A stretch of 61,861 nucleotides of DNA, from positions 1 to 61,861 of IMG/VR virus record IMGVR_UViG_3300006919_000055, one strand, 5' to 3'. Shown here piece after piece: positions 16,671 through 25,964 of this stretch. How positions within the stretch are numbered: position 1 is the stretch's first letter; each line of letters opens with the position of its first letter. Made by a program: the position numbers and the translations under genes. Source of the DNA: a virus (Duplodnaviria > Caudoviricetes). The notes beneath the pieces are model-generated. The model had not been told where the DNA came from, did no database searches, and saw only the letters and a program-made list of their open reading frames with translations.

Positions 16671-17018
16671 TTAAAGAACAAAAATTTTATTTCCTTCTAG
16701 GAAAAGTTTTAAATGATATTGCTTGGGTAGTACCTTTTTAGTTTTTGCGTCAAAGAATCTAAACCCATTTTCCTTGCAATTATCTACGTACACTTGTTGT
16801 TTCCACTTTGGTCTTGGGGATTTTTTTTCTTCCAAGCTTTTAACTTCATTTAAATCAACCGCTCCTTTAAGCCACCCAGCATTTTCAACTCTCTCGAAAG
16901 TCATGCTAAAAGCGTGACTCTTTTTTAGTCTTTGCTTTTTATTTCTAGCGTACCCCTCCTTAAAGCCTTTTATTTGTATAGACTTTTTCTTGGGGATATA
17001 TTTGGCAATTACGTTCAT
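16671..17018 (-). CDS. basic hypothetical protein
   Basis: 115-aa Lys-rich ORF. Confidence 0.6.
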   Translation of the reverse strand: MNVIAKYIPKKKSIQIKGFKEGYARNKKQRLKKSHAFSMTFERVENAGWLKGAVDLNEVKSLEEKKSPRPKWKQQVYVDNCKENGFRFFDAKTKKVLPKQYHLKLFLEGNKIFVL

Positions 17019-17230
17019 TAAGACTTATAGGTGGAAAAATGTTTTTTTAAATAATCTAATTTATCTTCGGCTTCTGCGGCGATAGCGATTTGCTTATCCA
17101 TTTCTTCAATTAGTTGTGGATGCTCTCCGATGCCTACGGGGTTATTAAAATATACTTCGAGTGTTGCAAACGCTTCTTGCATTTGCGCTAGATACTTTAA
17201 CTCTAATGCTTTATACATTTCGCTTTTCAT
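17018..17230 (-). CDS. small conserved phage protein
   Basis: YFNNPVGIGEHPQLIEEMDK motif typical of T4-like marine phages. Confidence 0.75.
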   Translation of the reverse strand: MKSEMYKALELKYLAQMQEAFATLEVYFNNPVGIGEHPQLIEEMDKQIAIAAEAEDKLDYLKKHFSTYKS

Positions 17231-17615
17231 TTCTTTCTCCCATCCTTTTTTTGTATTCTAGATATTTAGGGCTACGCTTGAAAGCCTTTTCTTTAGCTTC
17301 TTCTAAGTCGCACTCATTTTGGAGTTGCACCCACGCTTTAGTGTAGCGTTCTTCGCACTCTTTAACAAAGTCGGGGCCATTCTTTTGATATACCGGATGA
17401 TCAGAGTCAGTCCATTGACGTTTATCAAACTGATAACGGTCATCAAAGACGGGGGGAAAATCGGGATGAACTATATGTTGCGCTCTACTTGGACTACACT
17501 CTATACATCTTGCTCCCGCGAAAATTAAAGTCTCAGGCTCATTCCATGCGATTGCAGCTATTCTTACCGCGTCATTGCGGGGTTCAACTTCTTTTTTGCA
17601 TTTGTCGCACTTCAT
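17211..17615 (-). CDS. hypothetical Cys-containing protein
   Basis: 134 aa with CDKC and CIEC; TTGACT...TATAAT upstream. Confidence 0.6.
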   Translation of the reverse strand: MKCDKCKKEVEPRNDAVRIAAIAWNEPETLIFAGARCIECSPSRAQHIVHPDFPPVFDDRYQFDKRQWTDSDHPVYQKNGPDFVKECEERYTKAWVQLQNECDLEEAKEKAFKRSPKYLEYKKRMGERNEKRNV

Positions 17616-17664
17616 TGGCTATGCGACTTATTATATACAGTTATAACTTTGAGTCAATACTTTT

Positions 17665-18204
17665 TTAACGTAATTCTTCTCTTAATAATCTCCAGCGATC
17701 ACTATCAACTTCTTTTTCTCCAGAGTTTATTTTTTTTACCATATCTACGACATTTTCTACGGAATCGTAAATATAATGATGTGGAATTTGACCAAGAATC
17801 CAGAGAGGGGTTTTTTTCTTGCCACCTTCAACACTTAAAAAGATTGGCTTCTTCATCCTTACCGCAGTAACTAACTCTTCTGCGCTTCCCCAGCTTGCGA
17901 CATCGGGAATTAAATGAGCAATAATAAAGTCCGATCTATCTACTAAATTTAAATCATAACTACGAACATCACGCATCCATTCCGACACCTCTTCGTATTT
18001 GCCTTCACTTACGTTTTGTAGCATTTCCTTTCTTTTGCTCTTGCCTTCGTCGATGTTTTTAAGAAAAGGATGCTTATAGGGATTGAAACAAGTTATTTCT
18101 AAGGGCGAGAATTGTTTTTCTACATAATCTCGCCAATCTTGGCCATCAGAATATTGCATATGGCCAACTAGGTAAGCTTTAGTTTTTTTTAAAACATTAG
18201 TCAT
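17665..18204 (-). CDS. nucleoside 2-deoxyribosyltransferase-like protein
   Basis: AYLVGHM, DWR, FNP, DLNLVDRSD, SWGSAEEL motifs. Confidence 0.75.
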   Translation of the reverse strand: MTNVLKKTKAYLVGHMQYSDGQDWRDYVEKQFSPLEITCFNPYKHPFLKNIDEGKSKRKEMLQNVSEGKYEEVSEWMRDVRSYDLNLVDRSDFIIAHLIPDVASWGSAEELVTAVRMKKPIFLSVEGGKKKTPLWILGQIPHHYIYDSVENVVDMVKKINSGEKEVDSDRWRLLREELR

Positions 18205-18226
18205 TATTTTTTAAATATTTAAAAAA

Positions 18227-18505
18227 TTACCAACGGTAATTATCTTTCCACAGAGCAAAACTAGTGCCTAAAGCCTTGGGGTTCAGATGTTTTTCCCTTA
18301 ACAATGAAGAGCATCTGTGTATTTCGTATGCAGTATAAAGTTCTTTGTTGGAATTTTTTAAAGAAGAATATTCCGCCCTAAGAGTATCTATGTAATAATG
18401 ATAACTATTGAAAGCTGATTCCCAAGAAACAGTGGAATCGCAAACATTTTCTTCAAAGACTTCTTTAGCTTCTAAAAGTTTTTTAGAATATTTATAGAAC
18501 TTCAT
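18227..18505 (-). CDS. hypothetical protein
   Basis: 92-aa ORF. Confidence 0.55.
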   Translation of the reverse strand: MKFYKYSKKLLEAKEVFEENVCDSTVSWESAFNSYHYYIDTLRAEYSSLKNSNKELYTAYEIHRCSSLLREKHLNPKALGTSFALWKDNYRW

Positions 18506-18770
18506 CTAGATTATCTCTTAATACTTTTAAGTGAAACACCATCCAGCTTTCGCCTATTGCTTGAGAACCTTTTCCGGCTTTTATGGCAGCTATTTTGTGA
18601 GCCTCATCTTGTTCTTCAGCAGTTAAAATTATATCATTAAGTAAAGATTTGCAGTTATCTTTTATTTTTTGTTTTTCTTCAGAATTCATTGCAGAATTTG
18701 ATTTATAAAAAGCATTTAATTTGAAATATGTTTCACGCCAAGCTATCCACTCTTGATAAGTTTTACTCAC
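18492..18770 (-). CDS. hypothetical protein
   Basis: 92-aa ORF; GESWMVFHLKVL motif. Confidence 0.6.
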   Translation of the reverse strand: MSKTYQEWIAWRETYFKLNAFYKSNSAMNSEEKQKIKDNCKSLLNDIILTAEEQDEAHKIAAIKAGKGSQAIGESWMVFHLKVLRDNLDEVL

Positions 18771-19107
18771 TTTTTTTCTTTTTATTTCTAGGGGGCGCGT
18801 GAAATTTTCTTTGAGGAAGTCTCCAGCCGTTTTGATAAAGAAAATTACTTACTACTTCCGCGTATCTTGTTACATCTGTTTCGCTTTTATCCCAAAAAAA
18901 AGCATGAGCTATTTCATGAATACAGGTATTTAGCTCACTTTTCTTAGTTAAGTATGGATTTATATATATTCTAGGATTATAATCAGCTTTAGCTTCTACT
19001 GGGTCTTCGCATAAACCATCAGCGTAGCCATTCGATTTATGGGGTTTTCTGAAAATTACGTCATATTTTACCCCTTTCGTGTTTGTGAACTGAAATACTG
19101 GTTTCAT
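18763..19107 (-). CDS. small HEXXH zinc metallopeptidase-like protein
   Basis: GLC...IYIN...TCIHEIAHA...E; start likely MKPVF. Confidence 0.65.
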   Translation of the reverse strand: MKPVFQFTNTKGVKYDVIFRKPHKSNGYADGLCEDPVEAKADYNPRIYINPYLTKKSELNTCIHEIAHAFFWDKSETDVTRYAEVVSNFLYQNGWRLPQRKFHAPPRNKKKKSE

Positions 19108-19618
19108 TTTTCTTGGATAAAAAGTCAAATTGTTCCTTATTATTATTTACACCAAAAAAAGAATTATAATCGCAAGTTAATTCTTCTCCTTTCATAATCT
19201 CTCTTTTTGTTAAAAAAGTATTTAAAGAACCGTTAGAAGGAATAAATTTTTGAGAAGCAAGTTCGTTTATGGGTTCGAGTTCGACTTCTAGATTTGGTGA
19301 GTCTGAATGATTAACATAATGAGTTATATTTAAATCATTTAACCCTGTCGCATTAACCGGATAAAGACCTCTTTCATCTTTAGCGAAGAAGTTTTTGATG
19401 TATTCTTGCACTTCTTTTCGAAACAAAGAAAGTTCTTCTTCAGTAACATCTAGAAAAAACTCTTCCTTTATAGGAAAAGACTCAAAAGGGTTGACGCCCT
19501 TGGGGATTTTTATTATAGAAAAAACGCCAACGCCAGATATATTTGAAGCTCCTAATCTGCAATAAGTTTTGCAATTAAGATGCTCTAAAAAACCCTTTTT
19601 ATAATTAGGATTTATCAC
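19061..19618 (-). CDS. SET domain protein-lysine methyltransferase
   Basis: SNISGVGVFS..IPKG, YVNHSDSPN and IMKGEELTCDY are SET motifs I, III and IV. Confidence 0.85.
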   Translation of the reverse strand: MINPNYKKGFLEHLNCKTYCRLGASNISGVGVFSIIKIPKGVNPFESFPIKEEFFLDVTEEELSLFRKEVQEYIKNFFAKDERGLYPVNATGLNDLNITHYVNHSDSPNLEVELEPINELASQKFIPSNGSLNTFLTKREIMKGEELTCDYNSFFGVNNNKEQFDFLSKKNETSISVHKHERGKI

Positions 19619-19934
19619 CTTTATTATTTGGTGGGTTCATCTTATTTTTTATTGAGTCTTTTGTTTTAGAATTAATAGCTATTTGTTTCTCAATTTCATT
19701 TTCCATTTCTGAAATCGCATTATACTCCAAGTCTAATCTTCTGGATAAGCTATCTATTTCTTCTTCTAAGGATTCCATTTCTTTAACCTCTTCTAAGCTA
19801 TGAAAATCCTTTGAGGAAAGCTTTTCGTATTCCGAAGTTACTGAGTCCATTTTTTTATTCCAATGATCAACTGATTTCATTAAAATATCAGCTTTTTCCA
19901 TTAGTTCGGAGCATTTTTTTCTATCTTCTTCCAT
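19605..19934 (-). CDS. coiled-coil hypothetical protein
   Basis: Heptad-rich 109 aa; TTGACT-17-TAGTAT-8-ATG. Confidence 0.6.
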   Translation of the reverse strand: MEEDRKKCSELMEKADILMKSVDHWNKKMDSVTSEYEKLSSKDFHSLEEVKEMESLEEEIDSLSRRLDLEYNAISEMENEIEKQIAINSKTKDSIKNKMNPPNNKGDKS

Positions 19935-19998
19935 CGGCTTAAATACTAGTAAATTTATAAAAAAAAGTCAAGACTTAACAAAAAGTGTAATAACTTAT

Positions 19999-20328
19999 AT
20001 GAACTTGATCGTAATTAGTGATATGACTTATGATGAGGGATTATACTTTCGCTTTATTTCTATGGTCTCTAAAAAAGATTTAGGAATGGACGTATTAGTG
20101 GAAAGTGAAAAAGAAAAAATAGATTATTATTACCACCTTTTAAAATCTAAAGGCTGGTTTGATTACGTAGACGATTTCGTAGTGCCAGAGGATAAGGAAG
20201 AGGGAATAAGAATAGATAGAGAATATAATTATGCAAAAACTATTAAAGTAAATAAGATATGTTATGAAAATACAACAAACATATTAGGGCAAATAAAAAC
20301 TTTAAAAGAATTAGATAAAAGGTTTTAA
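19999..20328 (+). CDS. hypothetical protein
   Basis: 109 aa; AGTGTA-N9-ATG. Confidence 0.65.
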   Translation: MNLIVISDMTYDEGLYFRFISMVSKKDLGMDVLVESEKEKIDYYYHLLKSKGWFDYVDDFVVPEDKEEGIRIDREYNYAKTIKVNKICYENTTNILGQIKTLKELDKRF

Positions 20329-21291
20329 AATTTTTTTAATTTCATCTATCGGTAAAGTAATGTCGTGAACCGGAGTAGCTTCAACTAAAATCTTTTTATA
20401 ATTACTCAAACCAAAATCACGAGCATTAACCTCAAACTCCCAACTTCCATATTTTTTGTCCCATTCTTTTCCAGCAATCTCAATAACGAGTGGGTTTTTA
20501 TCGCAAAAAATAGTATTTTTAAGCATAGAACCTGAAGCAGCAATTATAATCTCCGCATTTCTAAAGTGTTCTATTTGTTCATTTTGACTTTCTGTACCAT
20601 CTAAAATTTTGAAATTATTATCTTCTAAGAATGGTATAAACTCATCTTCGTTTAGAGTAAATCTCCTCCAATATTTATTTCTGCTAAGATAAAGTCTTTT
20701 AGTAGATTTATTTAAATCTATATCAGGATTTTCCCAAACATATTTATCTTTTATCCACTCAATTCCTTCTTTAGAAAAATGGCACGGGTGAACTTTTGAC
20801 TCCGCGTAAAAAAGCTTTTTGATATAATAAGACTTGTCAGAATTAAGAGGTCGCGTTTGCTCAAAGCCTAATCTTTTAAAATGAAAATCTACATTATTAA
20901 CGTAAGTTTTACCTGTTCTAAGTAAAATTTTATTATCAACGTCAAAGTTTTTGAATCCTCTAAGCTGTTGAATAGTCCACCAAAGCAATCCATAGCAATC
21001 AAAGTCAAGACCTCTGCATCCTAAACCGTAAATAGGCAAAGCGGATGTGCGCTGATTAAAAGGGAAATCGAAAGCATTTTCAAATGCGGAATCGTTTCTT
21101 TTAACAAAACAACGCTCGGAACTTTCTAGAATGCAATTTCTAGGGTGGTTGCCTTGTAATTTAGAAAACTTATCTGGATAGAAAGGGCCGGAAAAAGGAA
21201 TAAACTGATCTTTTAAATGAAGACCTTGAGAGTTTATGAAAACATCATCAAACTTAAATATTTCAATCTTGCTAATATTAGTCGATTCCAT
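20311..21291 (-). CDS. glycosyltransferase family 61-like (DUF563)
   Basis: LYLSR..RRFTLNEDE, EQIEHFRNAEIIIAASGS..N.IF, VIEI. Confidence 0.75.
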   Translation of the reverse strand: MESTNISKIEIFKFDDVFINSQGLHLKDQFIPFSGPFYPDKFSKLQGNHPRNCILESSERCFVKRNDSAFENAFDFPFNQRTSALPIYGLGCRGLDFDCYGLLWWTIQQLRGFKNFDVDNKILLRTGKTYVNNVDFHFKRLGFEQTRPLNSDKSYYIKKLFYAESKVHPCHFSKEGIEWIKDKYVWENPDIDLNKSTKRLYLSRNKYWRRFTLNEDEFIPFLEDNNFKILDGTESQNEQIEHFRNAEIIIAASGSMLKNTIFCDKNPLVIEIAGKEWDKKYGSWEFEVNARDFGLSNYKKILVEATPVHDITLPIDEIKKILKPFI

Positions 21292-21475
21292 CGTCCACTA
21301 TAACTTCACAAGTTACATGATGATTATTTATAAATCCTTCATCATATAAATATTTAACTAACAGCATAGCTTCATCATCAGAAACAGTATCGTCATCATC
21401 GAAAATTTTAACTTTTCTTTTTAAGACGTGAATCTCTAAGCCGTTTATAACTACTTTGGTTGCATTAGGCTTCAT
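21278..21475 (-). CDS. small protein with YLYDEGFI motif
   Basis: 65 aa; motif shared with 37241-37447. Confidence 0.65.
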   Translation of the reverse strand: MKPNATKVVINGLEIHVLKRKVKIFDDDDTVSDDEAMLLVKYLYDEGFINNHHVTCEVIVDDGID

Positions 21476-21505
21476 AAGCTCTATTTATAATTACACTTAA
21501 AAACT

Positions 21506-21530
21506 AAAAACGGGGCTAAAGCCCCGAAAA
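21506..21530 (-). terminator. intrinsic terminator
   Basis: CGGGGC/GCCCCG hairpin at 21511-21526 with a T run on the minus strand. Confidence 0.65.
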
Positions 21531-21534
21531 ATAT

Positions 21535-21777
21535 TTATTTATTTTTTTTATTTTTAAAGTAGGATATAATCCTTCTCGCTCCTAAAAAAAGAGCAAGCCA
21601 ACCTACTGCTGCAAATGGAGCAAGCCATTGTAGCCACAGTGATAAGGCAAACAACAACAATATGAATCCGTCGCAAAAAACTGGATCACTCAAGAATGAA
21701 TAAAACTTACTTTGTAAGTCGTGAAACATCCTCATGTTGCCCCCCCTTTGTTTTTTATACTTTAAGTTATGTATCAT
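21535..21777 (-). CDS. small two-helix membrane protein
   Basis: Two hydrophobic segments and a basic tail; true start may be the internal MRMF. Confidence 0.55.
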   Translation of the reverse strand: MIHNLKYKKQRGGNMRMFHDLQSKFYSFLSDPVFCDGFILLLFALSLWLQWLAPFAAVGWLALFLGARRIISYFKNKKNK

Positions 21778-21854
21778 AACAATACCCCTGTTTTCACTGA
21801 AAGCAGGGTTATAATAAATACACTAAAACTTAATTAATTAGTGTATATAGTTAC

Positions 21855-22379
21855 ATGAACGGACTTTTTAAAAATAGATATTTTAGATTACTACTGCTTT
21901 TAATTGTATTCGCAAGCATAAGCAACCTAGGTTATAAAAAATATAAAATACAAGGTGACAGCATGGAGGGAACCTATAAAGAGGGGGAAACTTTATATGC
22001 AGACAAAACTAGTTACAAAATTAACGAACCAGAACGCAGAGATGTGATTGTAATTTACGATATAAGCACTGGTGAAACTTTAGTAAAAAGAATAATTGGT
22101 CTACCGGGAGAAGAAATAGAGATAAAAAATGGAGACATTTATATAAATGGCACTTTGTATCAAGATGAATACAGTTACCTTAAGATAAGAGTAATGCTTG
22201 TTGGTCCCGCTGGGGTTATTTTAAGAGATTGGAAAACTAATAAGGTTATATACGAAAAAGAAAATATAAAATTTCCCAGATTAAGACAAAACGAATATTG
22301 GGTCATAGGCGACAACAGGAGTGACTCGTGGCATGGAGTAATCTACCGACACCAAATTGAAGGTAAAGCTAAAGACTAA
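21855..22379 (+). CDS. lepB: signal peptidase I
   Basis: N-terminal anchor, GDSME (catalytic Ser), LVKRIIGLPGE (catalytic Lys), GDNRSDS. Confidence 0.9.
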   Translation: MNGLFKNRYFRLLLLLIVFASISNLGYKKYKIQGDSMEGTYKEGETLYADKTSYKINEPERRDVIVIYDISTGETLVKRIIGLPGEEIEIKNGDIYINGTLYQDEYSYLKIRVMLVGPAGVILRDWKTNKVIYEKENIKFPRLRQNEYWVIGDNRSDSWHGVIYRHQIEGKAKD

Positions 22380-23053
22380 GATTCTTTTTGTAAATCTTGA
22401 GTATCTTCAGATTTATCTTTCTTTAGTTGAGCTATTTCGCTATCGATGTTTTTAATGGCGTCTTCGTGATGCTTACGTAGCTCTTTTAACGTTTCGTGTT
22501 TAGCGTCATAAGAATCTTGCTCGCTCATTTTGCGGTGCATTTCTTGCCGCATACCTTTAAAATGGTCTTGTAAATCTTCGCCGTGTTCTGCTTTAGACTC
22601 TGCGACTTTAATGCCAAATTTTTTAGCTGCCGATTTAATCTTTGCCAACGCCTTTGATTTAGCTTCAGCCGAAATCTTAGTTTGAGAGAGTCTAGCTAGC
22701 GCATTGCGAACATGAGCCGCGTCGTGGATGGGCAGGTGTCTAAGGGAGCGGGGAACCGTTTTTCCATCTACTTTTTTACCTCCGGGTTCAATGTAAGCAA
22801 AATCTGAATCAGGGAGGTCATTGATGGACTTGCGAGTCATTTCTTTTGCTTCAATGAGAGGAGTAAAGTCTACCACAATTTCTCCAGAGATATCGCCGGA
22901 AACGGAAGCTTTCGCGCCTTTTTCAAACTGAGAGTAACAAACAGCAGCCCGTTGCTTTTCGTCAGAAAATTCTTTCAGCATATCGGCGTTGTCCATGCAT
23001 TCGTTAACAAAATCATTCTTTTTCTGATTTTTTTTAGGCTCTGGTAGTGGCAT
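22376..23053 (-). CDS. modular protein, probable virion/head-associated (DUF6582-like module)
   Basis: MPLPEP..FVNECM..QRAAVCYSQF module plus LPDSDFA..RHLPIHDAAHVRNALAR module. Confidence 0.65.
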   Translation of the reverse strand: MPLPEPKKNQKKNDFVNECMDNADMLKEFSDEKQRAAVCYSQFEKGAKASVSGDISGEIVVDFTPLIEAKEMTRKSINDLPDSDFAYIEPGGKKVDGKTVPRSLRHLPIHDAAHVRNALARLSQTKISAEAKSKALAKIKSAAKKFGIKVAESKAEHGEDLQDHFKGMRQEMHRKMSEQDSYDAKHETLKELRKHHEDAIKNIDSEIAQLKKDKSEDTQDLQKES

Positions 23054-23118
23054 AATAAAGATAAATACACTAAAAATAGAAATATTTCCTTGTTATTTTA
23101 CAGAAATATTTAGTAAAC

Positions 23119-24222
23119 TTAATTAAATTCAATCAAGTTGCTCCATGTTTGCGCTCGATGAAACCAAGTTTGACTCTTACTCCACTCAAATGCTCTTTCA
23201 ACTATCTTGTTTTTTTCTGGAATAGAATGATTTAAATATAAAAAATTATTTAAAAATTGGGCGAAAAATATATCTTCATCTGGTTCTGGCTCTATCAAGA
23301 CTCCTCGATTAGAAACGGTATCTTTTAGCGCAGAAAAATTAGTAGTTATTACCGAAGTTTTCATGGCTTGCATTTCTAAGGCTGTAATGCAATAAGTCTC
23401 TTCGTAATTAGTTGGATAAAGCCAATAATCACTTTTGGCTATCAAATTGTATAAAGAAGCTTGGTTTATTTGACCAATGAAATTAACACCCTGACTGCGT
23501 AAATTAGAAAATTCTACTTCAAACTCTTTAAACTGTTTAATTCCGTACTCAGGAGTACAAACGTTAAGGGTGGCGTCTGGCTTCTTTTCTTTTATCAAGT
23601 GCCATTTGGAAAGTAATAACCTTAATCCTCTTTCTGGGTGGGAGGAGTATATAAAACTTCGAGGCGCTTTAGTTAAATCTTTGGGTATTAAATCTGGATT
23701 AAAGCCGTTGCCTACAATTTTTACCTTAGAAGATAACTCCGGAAAAGATTGGCAAAATTTTTCTTTATGCCAATTAGTGAGGCAAATGATTGATGTAAGT
23801 TTACTGGATGATAGAAGCTCCATTGATCGCCCTGAAAGATCGCCCTTTGTCCACCAATCGTACCACCAGCCGCCAGTTGATTCAGTGTTGTGGATACATA
23901 AGAAAGATTTATCGTAATTAAATTTAGAAAACTCTTCTATAAAATGTATATAGCTAGCGCCAATAATGCATCTAAAATGTTCCTTGCTAAATTCCTTATG
24001 TAGCGTGTTATTTTTCGCGTAAAGAACTCCGTCGTACTCTCCCTCGATAACATCTCCACCAACTATTACCTTGTATCCCAACTTACTTAATTGTTGGGAT
24101 AAATTATAAATCGCGGTCTCTGTACCGCCCATCCCTCTTTTTGCGAAACTATCAGGATTCCAAGGGGCGCTTTGATAACCTGTGTAAAGTAAAATCTTTT
24201 TATTGTACAAAGACTTATGCAT
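23119..24222 (-). CDS. glycosyltransferase family 4 (GT-B)
   Basis: GMGGTE, YSSHPERGL, YPTNYEETYCITALEMQA. Confidence 0.85.
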   Translation of the reverse strand: MHKSLYNKKILLYTGYQSAPWNPDSFAKRGMGGTETAIYNLSQQLSKLGYKVIVGGDVIEGEYDGVLYAKNNTLHKEFSKEHFRCIIGASYIHFIEEFSKFNYDKSFLCIHNTESTGGWWYDWWTKGDLSGRSMELLSSSKLTSIICLTNWHKEKFCQSFPELSSKVKIVGNGFNPDLIPKDLTKAPRSFIYSSHPERGLRLLLSKWHLIKEKKPDATLNVCTPEYGIKQFKEFEVEFSNLRSQGVNFIGQINQASLYNLIAKSDYWLYPTNYEETYCITALEMQAMKTSVITTNFSALKDTVSNRGVLIEPEPDEDIFFAQFLNNFLYLNHSIPEKNKIVERAFEWSKSQTWFHRAQTWSNLIEFN

Positions 24223-24225
24223 TTT

Positions 24226-24864
24226 TCATTTTTTAAATAATTTTAAAATTCTTGAAGCTCTCCTTCGAGCGTAAAACAAACGAGACATAACTGTGCCTAC
24301 AGGAATTTTTAACATTTTAGAAATTTGCTTATACTCTAAATTATCATAATGATAAAGGTGCAAAATGTTTCTGTCGTTATAATTTAACTTAGTCATAACT
24401 TTACGAACTAATTCTTTAGACTCATCGAAAAGTTCTGAGGTCTCGATTTTAAGGGAAGGTGAGGAGTCATCAACCGCGCTATGTTCGGGGTGAGTTTCCG
24501 CAAAAAACTTAATGTCATCAGAGTCTTGCGCGTCAGTAGATGTTAAGTTGCTACATTTATCTAAGTTTATTAATTTGTATTTAGTAGACTTTCTGTATTC
24601 GTCTAAAAAATTTCTTCGAGCTATACAATTAGCCCAAGTAGAAAATTTGCTCTCACCTTTAAATGTTTTAATTTTTTGCCAGCATTTAACTATAGTTTGA
24701 GAGTAAATTTCTTCTCCTAGGGCTTGATTACCTTTACAGTATTTAAAAATCCACATTTTTATGTAGTTACCCTCGCGAGAAAGTAGCTCATCAAATGCCT
24801 CATGGCTTCCCTTTTTACAAAGAGATAGTAGTTGCTTCTCTGTTTTTAGTGAAAAATTTATCAA
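24226..24864 (-). CDS. ECF-type sigma70 factor
   Basis: AFDELL, FKGESKFSTW..IARR, LEYKQISKMLKIPVGTVMSRLFYARR. Confidence 0.9.
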   Translation of the reverse strand: MINFSLKTEKQLLSLCKKGSHEAFDELLSREGNYIKMWIFKYCKGNQALGEEIYSQTIVKCWQKIKTFKGESKFSTWANCIARRNFLDEYRKSTKYKLINLDKCSNLTSTDAQDSDDIKFFAETHPEHSAVDDSSPSLKIETSELFDESKELVRKVMTKLNYNDRNILHLYHYDNLEYKQISKMLKIPVGTVMSRLFYARRRASRILKLFKK

Positions 24865-24983
24865 TTTGAAGACTTTTTATTTTTCCCCCAATTGATTTTA
24901 TCGTAATTTTTTTTAAATTTTTTAGAAAAACAATTTCTAGGCTTGTCGCCTTTCCCTGCCTTTTTATTGTTAGTCTTACCCAT
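24861..24983 (-). CDS. 40-aa basic peptide
   Basis: MGKTNNKKAGKGDKPRNCFSKKFKKNYDKINWGK; TTGA overlap with the ECF start. Confidence 0.6.
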   Translation of the reverse strand: MGKTNNKKAGKGDKPRNCFSKKFKKNYDKINWGKNKKSSN

Positions 24984-25907
24984 TTAAACAAACTTAAGTC
25001 TAATTAGTTTATTATCAATAAATTGATATTCTATATTTTTTATTTTGGGACTACTCTCTAGTATTTTTTTAGATACAGGTAGCTCCACTAAAGGAAATGC
25101 GCTTGAGTCACAAAAAACATCACGAGTGTTGTATTTAAAGTAATTTACTTCGTTATCCAAAGAATGTAACACCTTATTTATATCTACTCTTTTGTAGCCG
25201 CTTGCTGAATAATACTCTTCCCTTTCTCTGTCAGGCATAGTGTTAATTATTCTGCAAAGATTTATATGAGCTTCTTTTATGATTTCTGAATACCAATAAT
25301 TTTCTTGATAAGGCTCAAAATCAATCCCCGCATCTAGAGGAGGGATTATTTTTGGAACATCTTCAAAAGATATATTTGGTCTGCCTTGGGTCCATTTATG
25401 AAGAGAAAGCATTTTACTATCTCCGGTAGCCGATAAGTCTACTGTCTTTGATTGAGAAGACTGTCCATTAGTATACCATACGTCATGGGGAATTTTATAA
25501 AAATTTAACCTATCGTAAAACTCAACGTCTTGCCATCCCCAGCCCCATCCCATGAAAACATTATTGCCGTTACTCTGATAAAAAGAATTTTTATCTATCT
25601 TATAGCCGCCGTACATTAAAAAAGCTATTTCATTTGAACCCGTCCATTTGTAATCAACATTTTCAAAAGGTATATTGTCAGGGCCAACCAATACAGCGTA
25701 ATCGCACCCAAGAACTTCAAAAGCCGCTCTTAACCCTACATTTGCAGAAATATTAAAATTAAAAGTAGTTTCGTAATCCAGTTGTTCGGAAATTATGATT
25801 TTTAAATTTTGATTTGTATTTTGTAAATAAGATTTAAGCTTGGGAATGTAAATCGGAAGATACCTTTCCCTTCTTTTACTAAAAACTGTTACAATAGCAC
25901 CTTTCAC
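24984..25907 (-). CDS. beta-1,4-galactosyltransferase (GT7)-like protein
   Basis: IISEQ..FN..NVG, NG.N..GWGWGWQDVEFYDRL resembles the GT7 WGWGGEDDD region. Confidence 0.6.
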   Translation of the reverse strand: MKGAIVTVFSKRRERYLPIYIPKLKSYLQNTNQNLKIIISEQLDYETTFNFNISANVGLRAAFEVLGCDYAVLVGPDNIPFENVDYKWTGSNEIAFLMYGGYKIDKNSFYQSNGNNVFMGWGWGWQDVEFYDRLNFYKIPHDVWYTNGQSSQSKTVDLSATGDSKMLSLHKWTQGRPNISFEDVPKIIPPLDAGIDFEPYQENYWYSEIIKEAHINLCRIINTMPDREREEYYSASGYKRVDINKVLHSLDNEVNYFKYNTRDVFCDSSAFPLVELPVSKKILESSPKIKNIEYQFIDNKLIRLKFV

Positions 25908-25916
25908 TGTAGATAT

Positions 25917-25950
25917 AAAAAATCCCCCCCATTTTACAATGAGGGGGGAA
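25917..25950 (-). terminator. intrinsic terminator
   Basis: C7/G6 stem hairpin followed by a T run on the minus strand. Confidence 0.65.
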
Positions 25951-25964
25951 GTTCATTGAGAGAG

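Noticed and set aside
19271-19285. GGTTCGA T-loop-like words (also near 42352)
   Set aside because: Inside coding regions, with no cloverleaf around them; no tRNA called
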